From contig CAMRTM010000001.1 of assembly GCA_947053645.1 (NCBI GenBank), positions 9,430 to 73,429 of the forward strand: DNA of 64,000 nucleotides, written 5' to 3'. Under the pieces are notes generated by a model. That model saw only the letters and a program-made list of their open reading frames with translations. It was not told where the DNA came from and did not search any database. Shown here piece by piece: positions 8,097 to 17,090 of the stretch (the first letter of the stretch is position 1; every line of letters begins with the position of its first letter). The translations under genes and the position numbers were made by a program. This stretch comes from an uncultured Bacillota bacterium (lineage in GTDB: Bacteria > Bacillota > Clostridia > Christensenellales > UBA1242).

Positions 8097-9767
8097 ATGC
8101 TACAGTTATTAAAGATAAAAAATGTTGCTTTAATAAAAGAGTTGGAAATTAATTTTCAACAAGGCTTTAATGTTCTGCTTGGCTCTACTGGTGCCGGCAA
8201 GAGCATTATTTTTGATGCCTTAAATTTTGTACTCGGCGGTAAGGCAGATAAGACTTTAATTCGTACTGGCGAAAGTATGATGAAAGTAGAGGCGGTTTTC
8301 TCATCTCTCAGCAGTGAGACATGTGCTTACTTTGTGGATGCTGGACTGCTTGAAGAAGGCGAAAATGAAATGCTGCTTTCTCGTTCTCTATCAGAGGACG
8401 GGAAAAGTGTGATTAGAATTAACGGCTCTCCAGCCACTGCACAAATGCTTAAAGAATGTGGAAGCGCTCTCGCTGATAGTTATTCTCAGCATGAGAGTAT
8501 ATCGCTACTTAAAAGTAAAAATCATCTTGCTATGCTCGATAAACTTGGCGGAAACAAAATGCAAGAGGTAAAAGATTATTTAATTAAAGAATATGAAGAG
8601 TATCAAAGCATACTTAAACAAATAGCCTCTTTAGGTGGAGATGAGTTCGAGCGTGAGAGAACAAAATCCCTTCTTGAATATCAAATTAAAGAGATTGAAA
8701 AAGCACAACTGTCTGTTGGCGAAGATGAAGATATAAAACAAAAGATTGCTCTTATGTCTAGTGCGGAAAAAATCTTTGATGCTGTTAAGACCTGTGAGGA
8801 ACTTTTGGAAGGAAGTGCTATGAGTGCCATTTCAAGTGTGCATGAGGCAGGGAACGCGTTATCGGCACTTTCAAATGTGGAAGAAATTGATAGATGTCGT
8901 GAAAGATTGAATAGTTGTAAGTATGAACTAGAAGATATCTCAGACACCCTTAAAGATATTCGCGAGCGTACCACCTTTGATCAGCGTGAACTTGATTGCT
9001 TGGATGCAAGACAGGATCTTATAAAACTCCTATGTAAAAAGTATGGTGGCAGTGTAGAGAGGGTTTTACAGTATAGTGAAAAAGCAAAGGCAAGTCTTGC
9101 GAACTTAGAAAATAGCGAGTTTGAACTTGAAAGATTAAATAAACTTAAATCTATGCAAGAAGATAAATGTAAAACGCTTTGTGAAAAACTGTCAGATTTC
9201 CGAAAGGAAATAGCCCATGATACCGAGAAAAAGTTGATGAGTGAACTTAAGCAACTTGGTATGAAAAATACTACATTTGTGATTGAATTTACAAGACTTG
9301 AAAATTTCACTGCAAATGGTTTTGACGGCGTGGAATTTGCCTTCTCTGCAAATATAGGACAGGAAGTAAAAGCACTCAGTAAAACTGCTTCTGGCGGAGA
9401 GATGAGCCGTGTCATGCTAGCATTTAAAACCATATTTGCAAGTGCAGGACTTGCACAGACCCTTATATTTGACGAAATTGATACTGGTATAAGCGGGGAA
9501 GTAGGATTTATAGTTGGCGAAAAATTATCATCGCTTGGCGAGCAAGTGCTTTGTATTACCCATCTTGCACAGGTGGCTTGTCAAGGCGACGCCTTCCTAT
9601 ATGTAAATAAATTTACTGATAATGGTGCAACTTTCACCGAGATAAAAGAACTAACTGGTGAAGATATCGATATTGCGCTTGCCAAACTTATTAGTGGCGA
9701 GGAAGTGACTGAGTCCGCACTTAGACATATTAAAGAAATGAGGACGGATAGGGCAAGTAAGAGGTAG
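8097..9767 (+). CDS. recN: DNA repair protein RecN
   Basis: 556 aa. Walker A GSTGAGKS, long coiled coil, signature ASGGEMSRVMLA, Walker B LIFDEIDTG. Confidence 0.95.
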   Translation: MLQLLKIKNVALIKELEINFQQGFNVLLGSTGAGKSIIFDALNFVLGGKADKTLIRTGESMMKVEAVFSSLSSETCAYFVDAGLLEEGENEMLLSRSLSEDGKSVIRINGSPATAQMLKECGSALADSYSQHESISLLKSKNHLAMLDKLGGNKMQEVKDYLIKEYEEYQSILKQIASLGGDEFERERTKSLLEYQIKEIEKAQLSVGEDEDIKQKIALMSSAEKIFDAVKTCEELLEGSAMSAISSVHEAGNALSALSNVEEIDRCRERLNSCKYELEDISDTLKDIRERTTFDQRELDCLDARQDLIKLLCKKYGGSVERVLQYSEKAKASLANLENSEFELERLNKLKSMQEDKCKTLCEKLSDFRKEIAHDTEKKLMSELKQLGMKNTTFVIEFTRLENFTANGFDGVEFAFSANIGQEVKALSKTASGGEMSRVMLAFKTIFASAGLAQTLIFDEIDTGISGEVGFIVGEKLSSLGEQVLCITHLAQVACQGDAFLYVNKFTDNGATFTEIKELTGEDIDIALAKLISGEEVTESALRHIKEMRTDRASKR

Positions 9768-9792
9768 ATTTACATATATTTTGACAAACAGG

Positions 9793-9828
9793 GTAGACTA
9801 ACCTAAAAAAGGCTAGTCTACTTTTTTT
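9793..9828 (+). terminator. Rho-independent terminator between recN and spoIVB
   Basis: gtagacta...tagtctac stem followed by T7. Confidence 0.8.
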
Positions 9829-9837
9829 GGAGGAAAT

Positions 9838-11046
9838 ATGAAGTGGCTGAAAAAAATTGTTGTTATAGTATATGTTTTGTCATTCTTTTCTTTAGCGCTC
9901 GTCAGCAATGTAAATTTTAAAGAAATTTTTTCATTGCCTGAGGATTTTATTGCAAGTTATAGCGATATTGATAATGTCAATGAGAACTCACTGCTTGGAG
10001 GTTTTGTAAAACTTTCGCTAGAGAAAAAGACCACTGATGTTGGTACAACTAAAGAGGATGAGGGGACAATTATAATCAAACTGTTTAATCTCATTCCTAT
10101 TAAAAAGGTGAGTGTTCAGATTCTGCCTGAGGATGAAGTTTATGTCGGCGGGGTACCTATAGGGCTTAGTATAAATTCTTCTGGTGCCATGGTTGTAAGT
10201 GACACTATGGTAGACACAAGTGAAGGCGAGGTGAAAACTCTTAAAAACTCATATTTTAAGTCGGGTGATATTTTAAAAGCAATAAACGGCAGGGAGATAA
10301 CAAGTGCTGATGATATTGCAGATATAATATCTGATGTAAATGATGATGAAGTAAATATTAAATATTTAAGAAAAAACCAAGAGAAAGAAACAAGGGTAAA
10401 ACTTCTTAAAAATGATGAAGGTAAATATAAGATTGGGCTTTGGGTACGCGATGATATATCAGGAATTGGCACCCTTACTTATGTAGATAAACAAAGCCAT
10501 AATTATGCCGCACTTGGACATCCAGTCACTGACTCCAGCGGTGGTAATATCATACCGGTGGCTGATGGCAAGGTATATTCTTGTTCGCTTATAGGTATTA
10601 ATAAGGGGGAAAGAAATGCCCCGGGAGAACTTAGATGTCTTTTCATGCAAAGTGATGAGAAGGGAACTATTAAAAAAAATACCAAGTTTGGTATATTTGG
10701 AAATCTTGAAGATATTGAAGATGTAGTAGATAAGAATCTTACCGCAAAACTAGGTGGTAGACTTGGCGTAAAAACAGGGAGCGCAAAGATAGTATCAAGT
10801 GTCAGTGGTATTCGTGAGGAATATGATATTGAAATAATAAAGGCAAGCTATCAGTCTAAATCAAGTGATAAGAGTATTGTATTCAGAGTGAAAGATAAAC
10901 GGTTGTTGGAATTAACTGGTGGCATCGTACAAGGAATGAGCGGTTCGCCAATAGTACAGAATGGAAAAATAATTGGCGCTGTGACCCATGTATTTTTACA
11001 AGATCCTACAAAAGGTTATGGGGTGTATGTGGATTGGATGAAATAG
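9838..11046 (+). CDS. spoIVB: SpoIVB peptidase (S55 sporulation signalling protease)
   Basis: 402 aa. N-terminal TM, PDZ-like region (GDILKAINGREI), C-terminal GIVQGMSGSPIVQNGKIIGAVTHVF matching the SpoIVB catalytic region. Synteny after recN. Confidence 0.92.
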   Translation: MKWLKKIVVIVYVLSFFSLALVSNVNFKEIFSLPEDFIASYSDIDNVNENSLLGGFVKLSLEKKTTDVGTTKEDEGTIIIKLFNLIPIKKVSVQILPEDEVYVGGVPIGLSINSSGAMVVSDTMVDTSEGEVKTLKNSYFKSGDILKAINGREITSADDIADIISDVNDDEVNIKYLRKNQEKETRVKLLKNDEGKYKIGLWVRDDISGIGTLTYVDKQSHNYAALGHPVTDSSGGNIIPVADGKVYSCSLIGINKGERNAPGELRCLFMQSDEKGTIKKNTKFGIFGNLEDIEDVVDKNLTAKLGGRLGVKTGSAKIVSSVSGIREEYDIEIIKASYQSKSSDKSIVFRVKDKRLLELTGGIVQGMSGSPIVQNGKIIGAVTHVFLQDPTKGYGVYVDWMK

Positions 11047-11093
11047 GAGTATAACTTTGGACTAATTAGTCTTGGTTTTAACTAGTGTAAATA

Positions 11094-11110
11094 AAAAGTG
11101 CCTAAGGCAT
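11094..11110 (-). repeat. Inverted solo copy of the tail module (TGCCTTAGGCACTTTTT on the minus strand)
   Basis: The 17-mer is identical to 32268-32284 but in the opposite orientation, in the convergent spacer after spoIVB. Confidence 0.7.
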
Positions 11111-11137
11111 AAAAAAAGAGGCGTCAGCCTCTTTTTA
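11111..11137. terminator. Bidirectional terminator between convergent spoIVB and the 125-aa ORF
   Basis: A7-gaggc-gtca-gcctc-T5. Confidence 0.75.
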
Positions 11138-11512
11138 TTCATCTTCTTCGCTTTCCTCAGTTATTTGCGGAACATGGCTTATTGATCCAAGATGTTCAAT
11201 TTCAGTTATCATTTCATTCAAGTGAGATATTAAACTTTCAATGTAATCGCATAGGCTTTCAGTACGATATTCGGATTTAGTACCGTAGTTCTCGCTTTTA
11301 GCATTTTTTGCGTAGTATCTTATATGTCTTAATTTTTTAAATTCATCTAATGTCATTTTATATTCTATCAGACAATCGTCCATTAATGTGCTAAGTCCTC
11401 TTTCATACAATCCATGTGGATTATTATTTTTTTGTGATTTAATAATATTATGCACCTGTTTTAAATCTTCTTCAATTCTATGATACCTATACATAAAATT
11501 TTCGCTTAACAT
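11135..11512 (-). CDS. Hypothetical protein (125 aa)
   Basis: RBS aggagg upstream of the ATG. Predicted helical, with an acidic C-terminus. No family recognised. Confidence 0.5.
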   Translation of the reverse strand: MLSENFMYRYHRIEEDLKQVHNIIKSQKNNNPHGLYERGLSTLMDDCLIEYKMTLDEFKKLRHIRYYAKNAKSENYGTKSEYRTESLCDYIESLISHLNEMITEIEHLGSISHVPQITEESEEDE

Positions 11513-11804
11513 ATATCCTCCTAATTATATTTAAACTATATCATATTTATGTTATATTGTCCAGGCGAAAATTTTGCTAAAAACAAAAAAGAAGTTTACT
11601 TCAATCTCTAAACCTCTTTTTCGCTAAATGTGAAGCATATCTCCTTCACACTATTATAATGTGCAGGGAGGGGAATATTATACAAAGATTTTTAAATTTT
11701 TTTATAAATCATTCCTCCTTATTTTCTTCCTAACGCAGCTTGCATTTTGAATCGCCTTTGCAGGACTTGTCCGAAACAGCGAGAAAAATGCAAGCAAGTG
11801 CCTT

Positions 11805-12842
11805 TTATTCCTCTCTTAACTTTACTTTGTCTGCAACGCTTTTTCTCATATCTTCATTTATTGCTGCGTAGTGTTTCTTTGTTGTATTCACATCTTTGTG
11901 ACCGAGTACATCGGCGACGATATAAATATCTTTAGTTTCTCTGTATAAATTTGTGCCATATGTGCTTCGTAGTTTGTGTGGAGAAATCTTTTTAAGCGGA
12001 GAGGCAATGCGTGCAAATTTCTTGACTAAATTTTCCACCGCGCGTACTGAAATTCTTTTATTTTGTAGAGATATAAACATTGCCTTTTCGTCTTTATCAA
12101 GTTCAAGGGTTGCGCGCTTTTCCAGCCATGTTTTAAGTGCCATTGCTACTTCGTGTGAAAAATATAACATGGATTGATTTCCACCTTTTCTTGTTACTAC
12201 AAATGCGTTTTGATTGAAGTCAAAACTTTCTACATTAAGCCCAACAAGTTCGCTGATACGAATACCTGTGCCAAGGAATAGGGTAATTATGGCATTGTCG
12301 CGTTCAAAGGTGTTTTTGTTGTAAGAAATTTGTTTTTGTGTAAACTCTGTGGGATTTTCAACCGCATTCATAAGTGCGGAAACTTCGTTCTGTTCAAGCC
12401 TTATAATCTCTTTGTTGTGTAGTTTAGGTGTTTCAATCTTGCTAGCAATGTTTGAAGATAATAAATCATGGTTAAAAAGATATTTAAATAGACTTCTTAG
12501 AGAGGCGAGTTTTCTTGCCTTGCCTTTTTCACTGTTTCTATAGGTTTTGCCGTCCTTTTCATAAATTGCTATATAAGACAAAAACTGCTCAATATGGCGA
12601 GATTTTAGTGTGTCTAAGTCCTGAGTGGTGATCTTTTCAGGTGGCTTTTTAAAAACAAATTCGCTTAAATAATCAAAAAATACAGCAAAGTCCATGGCGT
12701 AGTTGTATCTTGTGAGTGAACTTGTATTATTTTCCACGCCTACGAAAAAGTCATAACAAAACTCTGGAAGATTATCAAGGTATTTTCCAGTCTTAATTCT
12801 GTTTTGCATATCGCGTCTTTCATAGAAAGAAGGTTTTTCCAT
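11805..12842 (-). CDS. Tyrosine recombinase/integrase (XerC/XerD-like family)
   Basis: 345 aa. Catalytic signature GTGIRISEL (R), HKLRSTYGT (HxxR), LGHKDVNTTKKHY (H...Y). N-terminal SAM-like core-binding domain. Confidence 0.85.
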   Translation of the reverse strand: MEKPSFYERRDMQNRIKTGKYLDNLPEFCYDFFVGVENNTSSLTRYNYAMDFAVFFDYLSEFVFKKPPEKITTQDLDTLKSRHIEQFLSYIAIYEKDGKTYRNSEKGKARKLASLRSLFKYLFNHDLLSSNIASKIETPKLHNKEIIRLEQNEVSALMNAVENPTEFTQKQISYNKNTFERDNAIITLFLGTGIRISELVGLNVESFDFNQNAFVVTRKGGNQSMLYFSHEVAMALKTWLEKRATLELDKDEKAMFISLQNKRISVRAVENLVKKFARIASPLKKISPHKLRSTYGTNLYRETKDIYIVADVLGHKDVNTTKKHYAAINEDMRKSVADKVKLREE

Positions 12843-13013
12843 ATTTATATTATATCTTTTTTTTATTTTAAAGTAAAGTAAATTAGACTACTATATATTG
12901 TGGCTATTATGCACATACTAGCCACAATAACGCCAATATTTAGATAGTTTTGCTATAAAAATAGTTGCTTTTATTATATTTAATATTTATAATTACAAAT
13001 ATAAGGAGCAAAA

Positions 13014-14297
13014 ATGATTGACATAAACTTGATAAGAACAAATCCAGACCTCGTAAAAGAGAACATAAAGAAGAAATTTCAAGATCAAAAACTTCCTCTT
13101 GTAGATGAGGCAGCCTCTCTTGACAGCAAAATTCGTGCCTTAAAGCAGGAAGGCGATAATTTGCGTGCAAGCAGAAATACGCTTTCAAGCCAAATTGGTA
13201 TGCTTATGAAAGAGAAAAAACTTGAAGAAGCAAACGCTATTAAGGCTAAAGTGCTAAAAAATAACGAGAGAATTTCAGAGATTGAAACAGAAGAACAAGA
13301 ACTATCTGCTCAATTGCGTAAGATAATGCTAACAATCCCAAATCTCATTGATGCTAGTGTGCCTATTGGCAAGGATGATAGCGAAAATGTAGAGGTGGCA
13401 AGATTTGGCGAGGCAAATGTCCCAGAATATGAAATTCCATATCATGCTGATATTCTTGAAAATCTATCTGGTGCAGATTTTGAAAGTGCAAGAAGGACAA
13501 GTGGTACTGGATTTTATTATCTCATTGGCGATATTGCAAGGCTTCATTCGGCAATACTTGCATATGCGCGTGATTTTATGATAAACCATGGATTTACTTA
13601 TTGTATTCCGCCTTTTATGATTAGAAGCAGCGTAGTCACAGGTGTGATGAGTTTTGATGAAATGGAAAACATGATGTATAAAATTGAAGGGGAAGACTTG
13701 TATTTAATTGGTACTAGTGAACATTCTATGATTGGTAGATTTAAAGACACAACTTTAAAGGAAAACTCTTTACCACAATGTTTGACATCCTATTCTCCAT
13801 GCTTTAGAAAAGAAATTGGTGCTCATGGCATTGAAGAACGCGGAGTTTATCGCGTACATCAGTTTGAAAAACAGGAAATGATTGTTGTATGTAAGCCAGA
13901 AGAATCTATGGAGTGGTATGAGAAAATGTGGCGACTTTCTGTAGAATTATTTCGCAGTATGGATATTCCTGTACGCCAACTTGAATGTTGCAGTGGCGAC
14001 TTGGCAGATCTTAAGGTAAAATCTTGTGATATTGAAGCATGGAGTCCAAGACAGAAAAAATATTTCGAGGTTTGCTCTTGCTCTAATTTAGGCGATGCAC
14101 AGGCAAGACGACTAGGAATTAAATATAAGACCGATAAAGGCTTGTTATTAGCACATACGCTTAATAATACCGTTGTTGCACCTCCACGAATGCTTATTGC
14201 ATTTTTAGAGAACAATTATAATGAGGACGGTAGTATTCGTATCCCTAAAGCATTACAGCCATATATGGGCGGAAAAACCGTTATTACTAAAAATTAG
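13014..14297 (+). CDS. serS: Serine--tRNA ligase
   Basis: 427 aa. N-terminal coiled-coil arm and class II core (GTSEHSM, RVHQFEKQE, NNTVVAPPRMLIAFLEN). Confidence 0.96.
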   Translation: MIDINLIRTNPDLVKENIKKKFQDQKLPLVDEAASLDSKIRALKQEGDNLRASRNTLSSQIGMLMKEKKLEEANAIKAKVLKNNERISEIETEEQELSAQLRKIMLTIPNLIDASVPIGKDDSENVEVARFGEANVPEYEIPYHADILENLSGADFESARRTSGTGFYYLIGDIARLHSAILAYARDFMINHGFTYCIPPFMIRSSVVTGVMSFDEMENMMYKIEGEDLYLIGTSEHSMIGRFKDTTLKENSLPQCLTSYSPCFRKEIGAHGIEERGVYRVHQFEKQEMIVVCKPEESMEWYEKMWRLSVELFRSMDIPVRQLECCSGDLADLKVKSCDIEAWSPRQKKYFEVCSCSNLGDAQARRLGIKYKTDKGLLLAHTLNNTVVAPPRMLIAFLENNYNEDGSIRIPKALQPYMGGKTVITKN

Positions 14298-14305
14298 GAG
14301 AAAAA

Positions 14306-15265
14306 ATGAAGGCACAAATCAGTAAATCGCTTATAGAAAGTATCATAAGGAATCAAAATACGCAGTATATAGAATCTACCAATGAAAAAGTAAATTCACT
14401 TTTAAGTTACTGCGTGGATGAACTTTCTAAAAAAACGGCATTTATCAGTCTTGATAATGTCATTTTGCAACCTATGAATGAACTTATAACTGGTGCCTTT
14501 ACAGATAATTCAAGTTTTGTTTATTTTTTAGGTATTGATAATGCGCAACTAGAGATAAACACGCTTTCAGCCACACAATTTTGGAAGAAATTCAAAGAAA
14601 GAGTGATTTTCGCATGGCAAAATCGCAATTCTAAAAAGAAAAAGAAAAAAAAGAAGAAAGATAAGGTTGAAGATAAAAAGAAAACCACTGATTTTAATCC
14701 GGAAAAATATAATTTGTATACGCTTTGCGAAGATTTACAAAATACGCTGGCAAGCAATTTATGTGTAACATCTATAGTTTATAGAGAAAATAATCGTCTT
14801 AGAATAGTTGGGAAAGACGATTTTGGCTCTAGCGTGCAAATTATAATATATCCAGTGTTTACCGATGGCGAAATTTATAAGTATTTTGTAGATAGAAAGA
14901 AAGGTTTTATTAAAATTAATAATGATATGCGTGTAACAGCACTTGAAAGTAAGGTAAATTCAGTGGGTGAGTCATTTATTGATATAATAAAAGTGTTTAA
15001 TGTGCTTTATTACAATGCAAATCGAGTTTTACCAAATCAAATCTTTATTGAAAGTTTGTTATGTAATTGCCCAAATGAATTATTTAGTGATAATGTATAC
15101 GAATCATTTATCAAAGTGTTGAATTATTTAGCTATGGCTGATGTGAAGAATTTTAAAAGTATAGTAAATCCAGATAAAGATATATTTGTAGACCAGTTAT
15201 GTGGAAATAGCGCATATGGATATAAAAAGATGATTAATAAATTGTTAGATATAAAAAATGATTGA
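14306..15265 (+). CDS. Hypothetical protein with an internal poly-lysine tract; possibly a degenerate nucleotidyltransferase-like fold
   Basis: 319 aa. Starts 8 nt after the serS stop with its own RBS (aggagaaaaaATG). KKKKKKKKKDKVEDKKK is encoded by an A-rich run that includes A8 at 14645-14652. The pattern TGAF-x10-FLGIDN loosely resembles the hG[GS]-x(9-13)-DxD NTase motif, but the acidic residues are not conserved. Confidence 0.5.
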   Translation: MKAQISKSLIESIIRNQNTQYIESTNEKVNSLLSYCVDELSKKTAFISLDNVILQPMNELITGAFTDNSSFVYFLGIDNAQLEINTLSATQFWKKFKERVIFAWQNRNSKKKKKKKKKDKVEDKKKTTDFNPEKYNLYTLCEDLQNTLASNLCVTSIVYRENNRLRIVGKDDFGSSVQIIIYPVFTDGEIYKYFVDRKKGFIKINNDMRVTALESKVNSVGESFIDIIKVFNVLYYNANRVLPNQIFIESLLCNCPNELFSDNVYESFIKVLNYLAMADVKNFKSIVNPDKDIFVDQLCGNSAYGYKKMINKLLDIKND

Positions 15266-15330
15266 TAAGATGCAATTTTATGCAAAAATATTAATTATTA
15301 AAAAATAACAAAATAGTTTGGAAAATAAGA

Positions 15331-15405
15331 CTAGTATGCACCATTCTATGCGTAAAAGTTGTGTTTTACGCATAGATTATAAAAGTTGCATACTAGTGTT
15401 TTTTA
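15331..15405 (+). terminator. Long nested hairpin plus T-run (terminator of the serS/319-aa unit)
   Basis: Outer stem ctagtatgca (15331-15340) pairs with tgcatactag (15387-15396). Inner perfect 13-bp stem tctatgcgtaaaa (15345-15357) pairs with ttttacgcataga (15364-15376). Followed by tgttttttat. Confidence 0.7.
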
Positions 15406-15544
15406 TCCCCGCTTTGATAAATATGTGACCTTAAGACCACTTCTTTCCCTATCCTATTCCACTTTTTACCCCTACTCTATTTAAAATCCCCGTGATGACG
15501 AAAGTGAATAAAAAACAGCCAAGCGGCTGTTTTTTTTGTTTGCA

Positions 15545-16165
15545 CTACCCTATTTGTAGAACGAAAGAGTAGATATCAAGTTGCTTTTTAAGGGCTTTAT
15601 AGTCTGGACAGTGCGATTTTACTTCTTCCCAAAAGGCTTTGGAGTGATTTAGGTGGACGCCGTGACAAAGTTCATGGATTACTACATATTCTATTAGTTC
15701 TTTTGGCAGGATTACAAGTCGCCAATTTAATTTCATGTTGCCCTTTCTATCGTAACTACCCCACACATGACGGGAATTAGAAAGTTTAAAACTTTTATAT
15801 ATGAGTTGCGTTTTTGCGGAAATCTCTTTGGCAATGGTAGGCAAGTGTTTTTCTGCCTCTTTATGATAGAAATCTAAGAGTTTTCCATTTTTATTACCAT
15901 GCATTAGAAGGCTGAGGTCAATATCTTCAAATCTATATTTCTGCCCAAGCAGATAGATATAAGATTGAAAAGCAAACTCGTTACGGAAAGCATTGATTTT
16001 GTTCACCCGTTTTTGTTGCTTTTCAATCCAGTGTAACTTGGAGGTTATAAACTCCTCAATAACCGCATTAGAGGCCTTTAAAGGTGCTTTTACTATTATC
16101 TCCCCTTTGCCATTTACACGCATGGAGATTGTTTTTCGTTTTTCTCTTATAAGATTATATTCCAT
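15545..16165 (-). CDS. M48-like/DUF45 (YgjP-type) zinc metallopeptidase
   Basis: HELCHGVHLNHSKAFW motif typical of DUF45. I prefer the ATG at 16165 (MEYNLIREKRKTISMRV...) over the TTG at 16204 in the ORF track, because that TTG lies inside the upstream terminator. Confidence 0.75.
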   Translation of the reverse strand: MEYNLIREKRKTISMRVNGKGEIIVKAPLKASNAVIEEFITSKLHWIEKQQKRVNKINAFRNEFAFQSYIYLLGQKYRFEDIDLSLLMHGNKNGKLLDFYHKEAEKHLPTIAKEISAKTQLIYKSFKLSNSRHVWGSYDRKGNMKLNWRLVILPKELIEYVVIHELCHGVHLNHSKAFWEEVKSHCPDYKALKKQLDIYSFVLQIG

Positions 16166-16200
16166 ACTTATATTATAGCACGATTTATAAAAATACTGAA
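16166..16200 (-). promoter_or_regulatory. Extended -10 promoter TGcTATAAT (16172-16180) placed 6 nt before the ATG (leaderless geometry)
   Basis: The minus strand reads TTCAGT-17 nt-TATAAT-ataagt-ATG. There is no SD between the -10 and the start codon. Confidence 0.5.
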
Positions 16201-16228
16201 ACAAAAAAGTGGCAAAGCCACTAATTTG

Positions 16229-16894
16229 TTAACCTTCGTATTCCCCTTGATTTTCAAGTATTTTAATTCGTTTATCAAGCATCTCTATCATACCCTTTAT
16301 TCCTAGTTTGCTAGAACCGAGATATTTTTTATTGATGTAACCCTCTCTATTAAAGTAAGGTGCATTTGGGCATACATGTATAAAATCCCCATAAACCTTA
16401 TCAGCATTGTCTAAAACGTTTTTGCGAGCATTGTCATCCACAAAGTAAAGTGTTTTAACTTCATACTGGTGTTTTATTTTGTTGAGGTCATCAAGAATCT
16501 TTGTATTAGTAGGTCGATTTTCTTTAATCTTATTAAAAGAGTTTCCCCAATTATTCCAGCCAGTAAATTTACCTAATTTCCATGTTTGGTCTTCTGTCAT
16601 TATAAGGCTGCAGTCCTCAATGGAGAATTTCTCTTTATTATTTTCCCAAAATGTTATAGTAGACATCCAAGCAGAAGCGGGATAGATTTCATTGCTATCC
16701 ATGTTAGTATGGCTGCCATCCAAATAGAAGTGAATAATGTTTGTTACCTCGCCTTCAAGTTTTCCTATTTTGGCGATTTTTTCAAACATGGAATAGACAA
16801 TGGCGGTGTCATCTTCATCAATGCTCATGCATGAGCCAAAGTCGAATACTGTTTGAAGTTCTATCATCCATACATTTACTTGTTTCTTCCTCAT
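16229..16894 (-). CDS. Hypothetical protein (221 aa)
   Basis: The ATG at 16894 lies 8 nt downstream of AAAGGAGG. The GTG at 16903 in the ORF track overlaps the SD. No family recognised. Terminator agtggc-aaa-gccact at 16203-16222. Confidence 0.55.
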   Translation of the reverse strand: MRKKQVNVWMIELQTVFDFGSCMSIDEDDTAIVYSMFEKIAKIGKLEGEVTNIIHFYLDGSHTNMDSNEIYPASAWMSTITFWENNKEKFSIEDCSLIMTEDQTWKLGKFTGWNNWGNSFNKIKENRPTNTKILDDLNKIKHQYEVKTLYFVDDNARKNVLDNADKVYGDFIHVCPNAPYFNREGYINKKYLGSSKLGIKGMIEMLDKRIKILENQGEYEG

Positions 16895-17090
16895 ATAGCA
16901 CACCTCCTTTATGTTTTCAGTATATCATAGATATTTTGTTTGTCAAGGGTGAAATGTTTTTATGCCGCTATTATGCAATGCATATTAGCACAAGATATGG
17001 CAAAATTTTTGCATAATAGTGCCAATTTGTTTGACGAAGTCACTATTTTTATATATAATTTATTTATAAATATATATTAACGAGGGAAAT

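Noticed and set aside
11135-12842. Prophage or integrative element
   Set aside because: Only a recombinase and one small orphan are present. There are no structural, replication or excision genes, no tRNA target, and no flanking direct repeats that I could identify by eye.
12843-12870. dif-like site (ATATTTATATTATATC) next to the recombinase gene
   Set aside because: Only the AT-rich central part resembles Firmicute dif. The flanking Xer-binding arms do not match, and this is expected for an AT-rich promoter region.
14645-14652. A8 tract as a phase-variation switch inside the 319-aa ORF
   Set aside because: The frame is intact and the tract encodes a coherent poly-lysine segment. There is no evidence for length variation from a single sequence, so I kept it only as a note within the finding on that gene.
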